Source of the DNA: Armatimonadota bacterium
Lineage (GTDB): Bacteria > Armatimonadota > UBA5829 > DSUL01
Reading direction: 5' to 3'
Length of the DNA: 64,000 nucleotides
Assembly (NCBI GenBank): GCA_025998755.1
Contig: AP024674.1
Location: 1,104,162 to 1,168,161, forward strand
This document shows positions 62,212 through 64,000 of this stretch, one piece after another (the stretch's first letter is position 1; the number at the start of each line of letters is the position of its first letter). The notes under the pieces were generated by a model. That model searched no databases and had not been told where the DNA came from. It was given only the letters and a program-made list of their open reading frames with translations. The translations under genes and the position numbers were made by a program.

Positions 62212-63594
62212 CTAGCGTTCGATGATCGGGTCGAATGAGATCTCGAACGCACTGATGACCCAGCGCTCCCCCACCCGCTCGAGAGTGTAGCGCTCGTAGC
62301 GCAGATCGTTGCGGGCGCCTGATTCGCGAAGCTGATGCCTAGCGAACAAGAACGCTTCTCCCGGTCGGACCGGCACGACCCGGTCTACGGTGAAAGTGCG
62401 GGTGCCGCGCTCCTCCATATCCTCGCGGACTCTCTCCAGAAACTGCCGGTATCCCACCCAGTACAGATAGCTGCCGGACTCATACAGCCGTACCGGCAGG
62501 TCGTTGTCCAGACAGTCCGCCATAGCCTTCAGGTCCGCCTCCTCCCAGGCCCGCTCGATGACGCGCGCAGCGCGCTCAACATCGCGGCGCTCGTCCCGGT
62601 AGCCGGGCCAGGGCTCCTCGGACGAAGCTCCGGCCGAATAACTGACAACGGGCGTCTCGCGCACGACATACTCCGTACGGGTCTCCACCACGCGTGTGGC
62701 CGGTTGATTGACCACCACCACAGTGCTGCTCCGGAACGGGTGGTACAAGTCGTAGCCCCAGTAGTGGTAGCCGGGCGAATAGTAATACACCGGCACACGC
62801 CACGGGTGGTTATGGTACATCACCGTCACCCGCGGATTGCTGAGGCAGAATCCGCTCCAGAAATCCCATTTCCAGTCTGAGCGGCGGCGCGAGTCGCTTT
62901 GCAGACGCTCATGGTATTCCCATGCCCAGCGTGAGCGATCGTACCGGTTCCATGAGGGGTCTGACAATGCCTTAATGTCCCGGGGATTGCGTGAGGTCTG
63001 CTGGTTCAGGTCGCGCGCGATGAGCGCAGGATCCACGGGCGGCGCGGATTGCGGTCTCGGCGGTGGCCCGGTGACGTTGGCGGCAGGCCGGTTGAGGGGA
63101 GCGGCCTGCTCCGGACGGACCCGCTGGCGATCCCGCGGAGCAACAGGCGACTCCGGCAATGGAGAAGCCGGGCGCGCTGTGGTCACCGGGGCAGAAACAG
63201 TCTCGGCCGCTGGAGCCACGGCTCCGCTCGACGGCGCGGTGGGAGATATGGGTTTCTGCACTGGTATATCCTGAACTGCTTGCTCTGGAAGCGGGGGCGG
63301 ACCCTGACGCTCCGGCTCACGCGGAGGCGCTGGGCGCGATGGCGATGGAGCGGGCTGCACGGCCTGCTCCGGGCGCGGGGGCGGACCCTGACGCTCCGGC
63401 TCACGCGGAGGCGCGGGAGCTTCGGGCCGCGGACGGGCCTCGGGACGTTGCCGAACCTGCTGGCCGCCGTCACCGGACGGCCGCTCGCCTCTCGCTTCCG
63501 GCCTTGCCTGTGCTCTATCATCCGAAATGGCCGGCTGCGGAGCAGCCGCCCAGCACAGCATCAAAACTGTAAACAGAGTACCTGCCCACCGCAT
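62212..63594 (-). CDS. secreted proline-rich repeat protein with uncharacterised C-terminal domain
   Basis: Start at ATG 63594 (signal MRWAGTLFTVLMLCWAAAPQPA). Tandem PAPPREPERQGPPP(R/L)PEQAVQ repeats. C-terminal ~250 aa aromatic-rich domain of unknown function. Confidence 0.5.
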   Translation of the reverse strand: MRWAGTLFTVLMLCWAAAPQPAISDDRAQARPEARGERPSGDGGQQVRQRPEARPRPEAPAPPREPERQGPPPRPEQAVQPAPSPSRPAPPREPERQGPPPLPEQAVQDIPVQKPISPTAPSSGAVAPAAETVSAPVTTARPASPLPESPVAPRDRQRVRPEQAAPLNRPAANVTGPPPRPQSAPPVDPALIARDLNQQTSRNPRDIKALSDPSWNRYDRSRWAWEYHERLQSDSRRRSDWKWDFWSGFCLSNPRVTVMYHNHPWRVPVYYYSPGYHYWGYDLYHPFRSSTVVVVNQPATRVVETRTEYVVRETPVVSYSAGASSEEPWPGYRDERRDVERAARVIERAWEEADLKAMADCLDNDLPVRLYESGSYLYWVGYRQFLERVREDMEERGTRTFTVDRVVPVRPGEAFLFARHQLRESGARNDLRYERYTLERVGERWVISAFEISFDPIIER

Positions 63595-64000
63595 CTTTCG
63601 AAACCCCCATGTCCCGGAGACTCCGGGGCACCCTGCCAACACGCCTGAGCGCTCGCCTGGGTACATTTTAGAGCATACTGGGAGAGCGGTGGTTCCGCGG
63701 GGATGTTTCGGGTTTTTCGCACTGCGCGCTGGCTGGACAGATCCCGTTTTGTGCCGGTCACGAAGGCGGGGCGCCGTGAACTCGTGAAACGTATGGGTGG
63801 CGCGCATATTCGGATTTGGACTCAACAGATGGAACGAGATGGCTGGCTGGCCCGTCGCGCCTGGATCCGAGCCCTCCTGGGCGACCGGCTTTCAGATGAC
63901 CGCACAGAGGTCCGAAGCTGCCGTCAGGGCAAGGGATCAGACGGCCCGGCGGTCCACGCAGGAGGGAATATGGATGAGGAGAGCTCTGGGCGTATGGGAA

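Overview
This is high-GC (~64%) bacterial chromosomal DNA in two distinct halves. It carries prepilin-type DUF1559 (H-X9-DG) paralogs and a PEP-CTERM protein, a combination typical of Verrucomicrobia, Planctomycetes or Armatimonadetes-like genomes; that taxonomic call is weak.

**Positions 1 to ~34.2 kb (core genes).** The CDSs include the C-terminal end of a CHAD-domain protein, a uroporphyrinogen-decarboxylase-like protein, a PEP-CTERM secreted protein, a Tat-signal sulfatase and a rubrerythrin-like protein. A fermentative aromatic amino-acid module follows: PaaK-like phenylacetate-CoA ligase, ACT-domain protein, second PaaK paralog, then iorB and iorA (indolepyruvate:ferredoxin oxidoreductase). 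Beside it are a thiamine pyrophosphokinase translationally coupled to a sodium:solute symporter, and a second symporter. Further along are a porin-like beta-barrel, three DUF1559 prepilin-type paralogs, LuxR and GntR/periplasmic-binding-domain regulators, an MntP manganese efflux pump and a HAD hydrolase. Two large secreted proteins (a parallel beta-helix protein and a 1321-aa FN3-repeat protein) precede a sugar ABC substrate-binding lipoprotein, a 2-hydroxyacid dehydrogenase and an HpcH/HpaI aldolase.

**Positions 34.2 to 62.1 kb (a ~28 kb CRISPR-Cas island).** It sits between tRNA-Ser(TGA) on the + strand and tRNA-Met(CAT) on the - strand, so both tRNA 3' ends face the island.
- A type III-B Cmr module, cmr1 to cmr6, in which the Cas10/Cmr2 is short (579 aa), keeps its GGDD motif and has no HD domain.
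- A Csx1 (CARF + HEPN, DxTHG motif).
- A small ORF that looks like a DUF1874/Crn2 ring nuclease.
- An 86-aa Cas6 N-terminal remnant.
- A 363-aa CARF protein whose C-terminal half I cannot assign to any family.
- A complete type I-C operon on the - strand: cas3, cas5c, cas8c, cas7, cas4, cas1, cas2.
- Two CRISPR arrays flanking the I-C operon: array 1 (31 repeats) and array 2 (45 repeats). They share one 37-nt repeat (GTTGCACCGGCCTTTCGAGGCCGGTGAGGATTGAAAC) in inverted orientation and have homologous leaders, so each appears to be transcribed away from the cas operon.

The arrays contain overlapping and variant spacer pairs, and related spacers recur in both arrays. Array 2 is followed by a ~1.3 kb low-GC insertion encoding a membrane-anchored unknown protein, then an orphan degenerate repeat, a frameshifted N6-adenine methyltransferase relic, tRNA-Met and a Pro-rich secreted repeat protein.

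My best guess for the requested undescribed system is the cOA-signalling accessory set attached to the HD-less Cmr complex, chiefly the CARF protein with the unassignable C-terminal domain, together with the absence of any intact Cas6.
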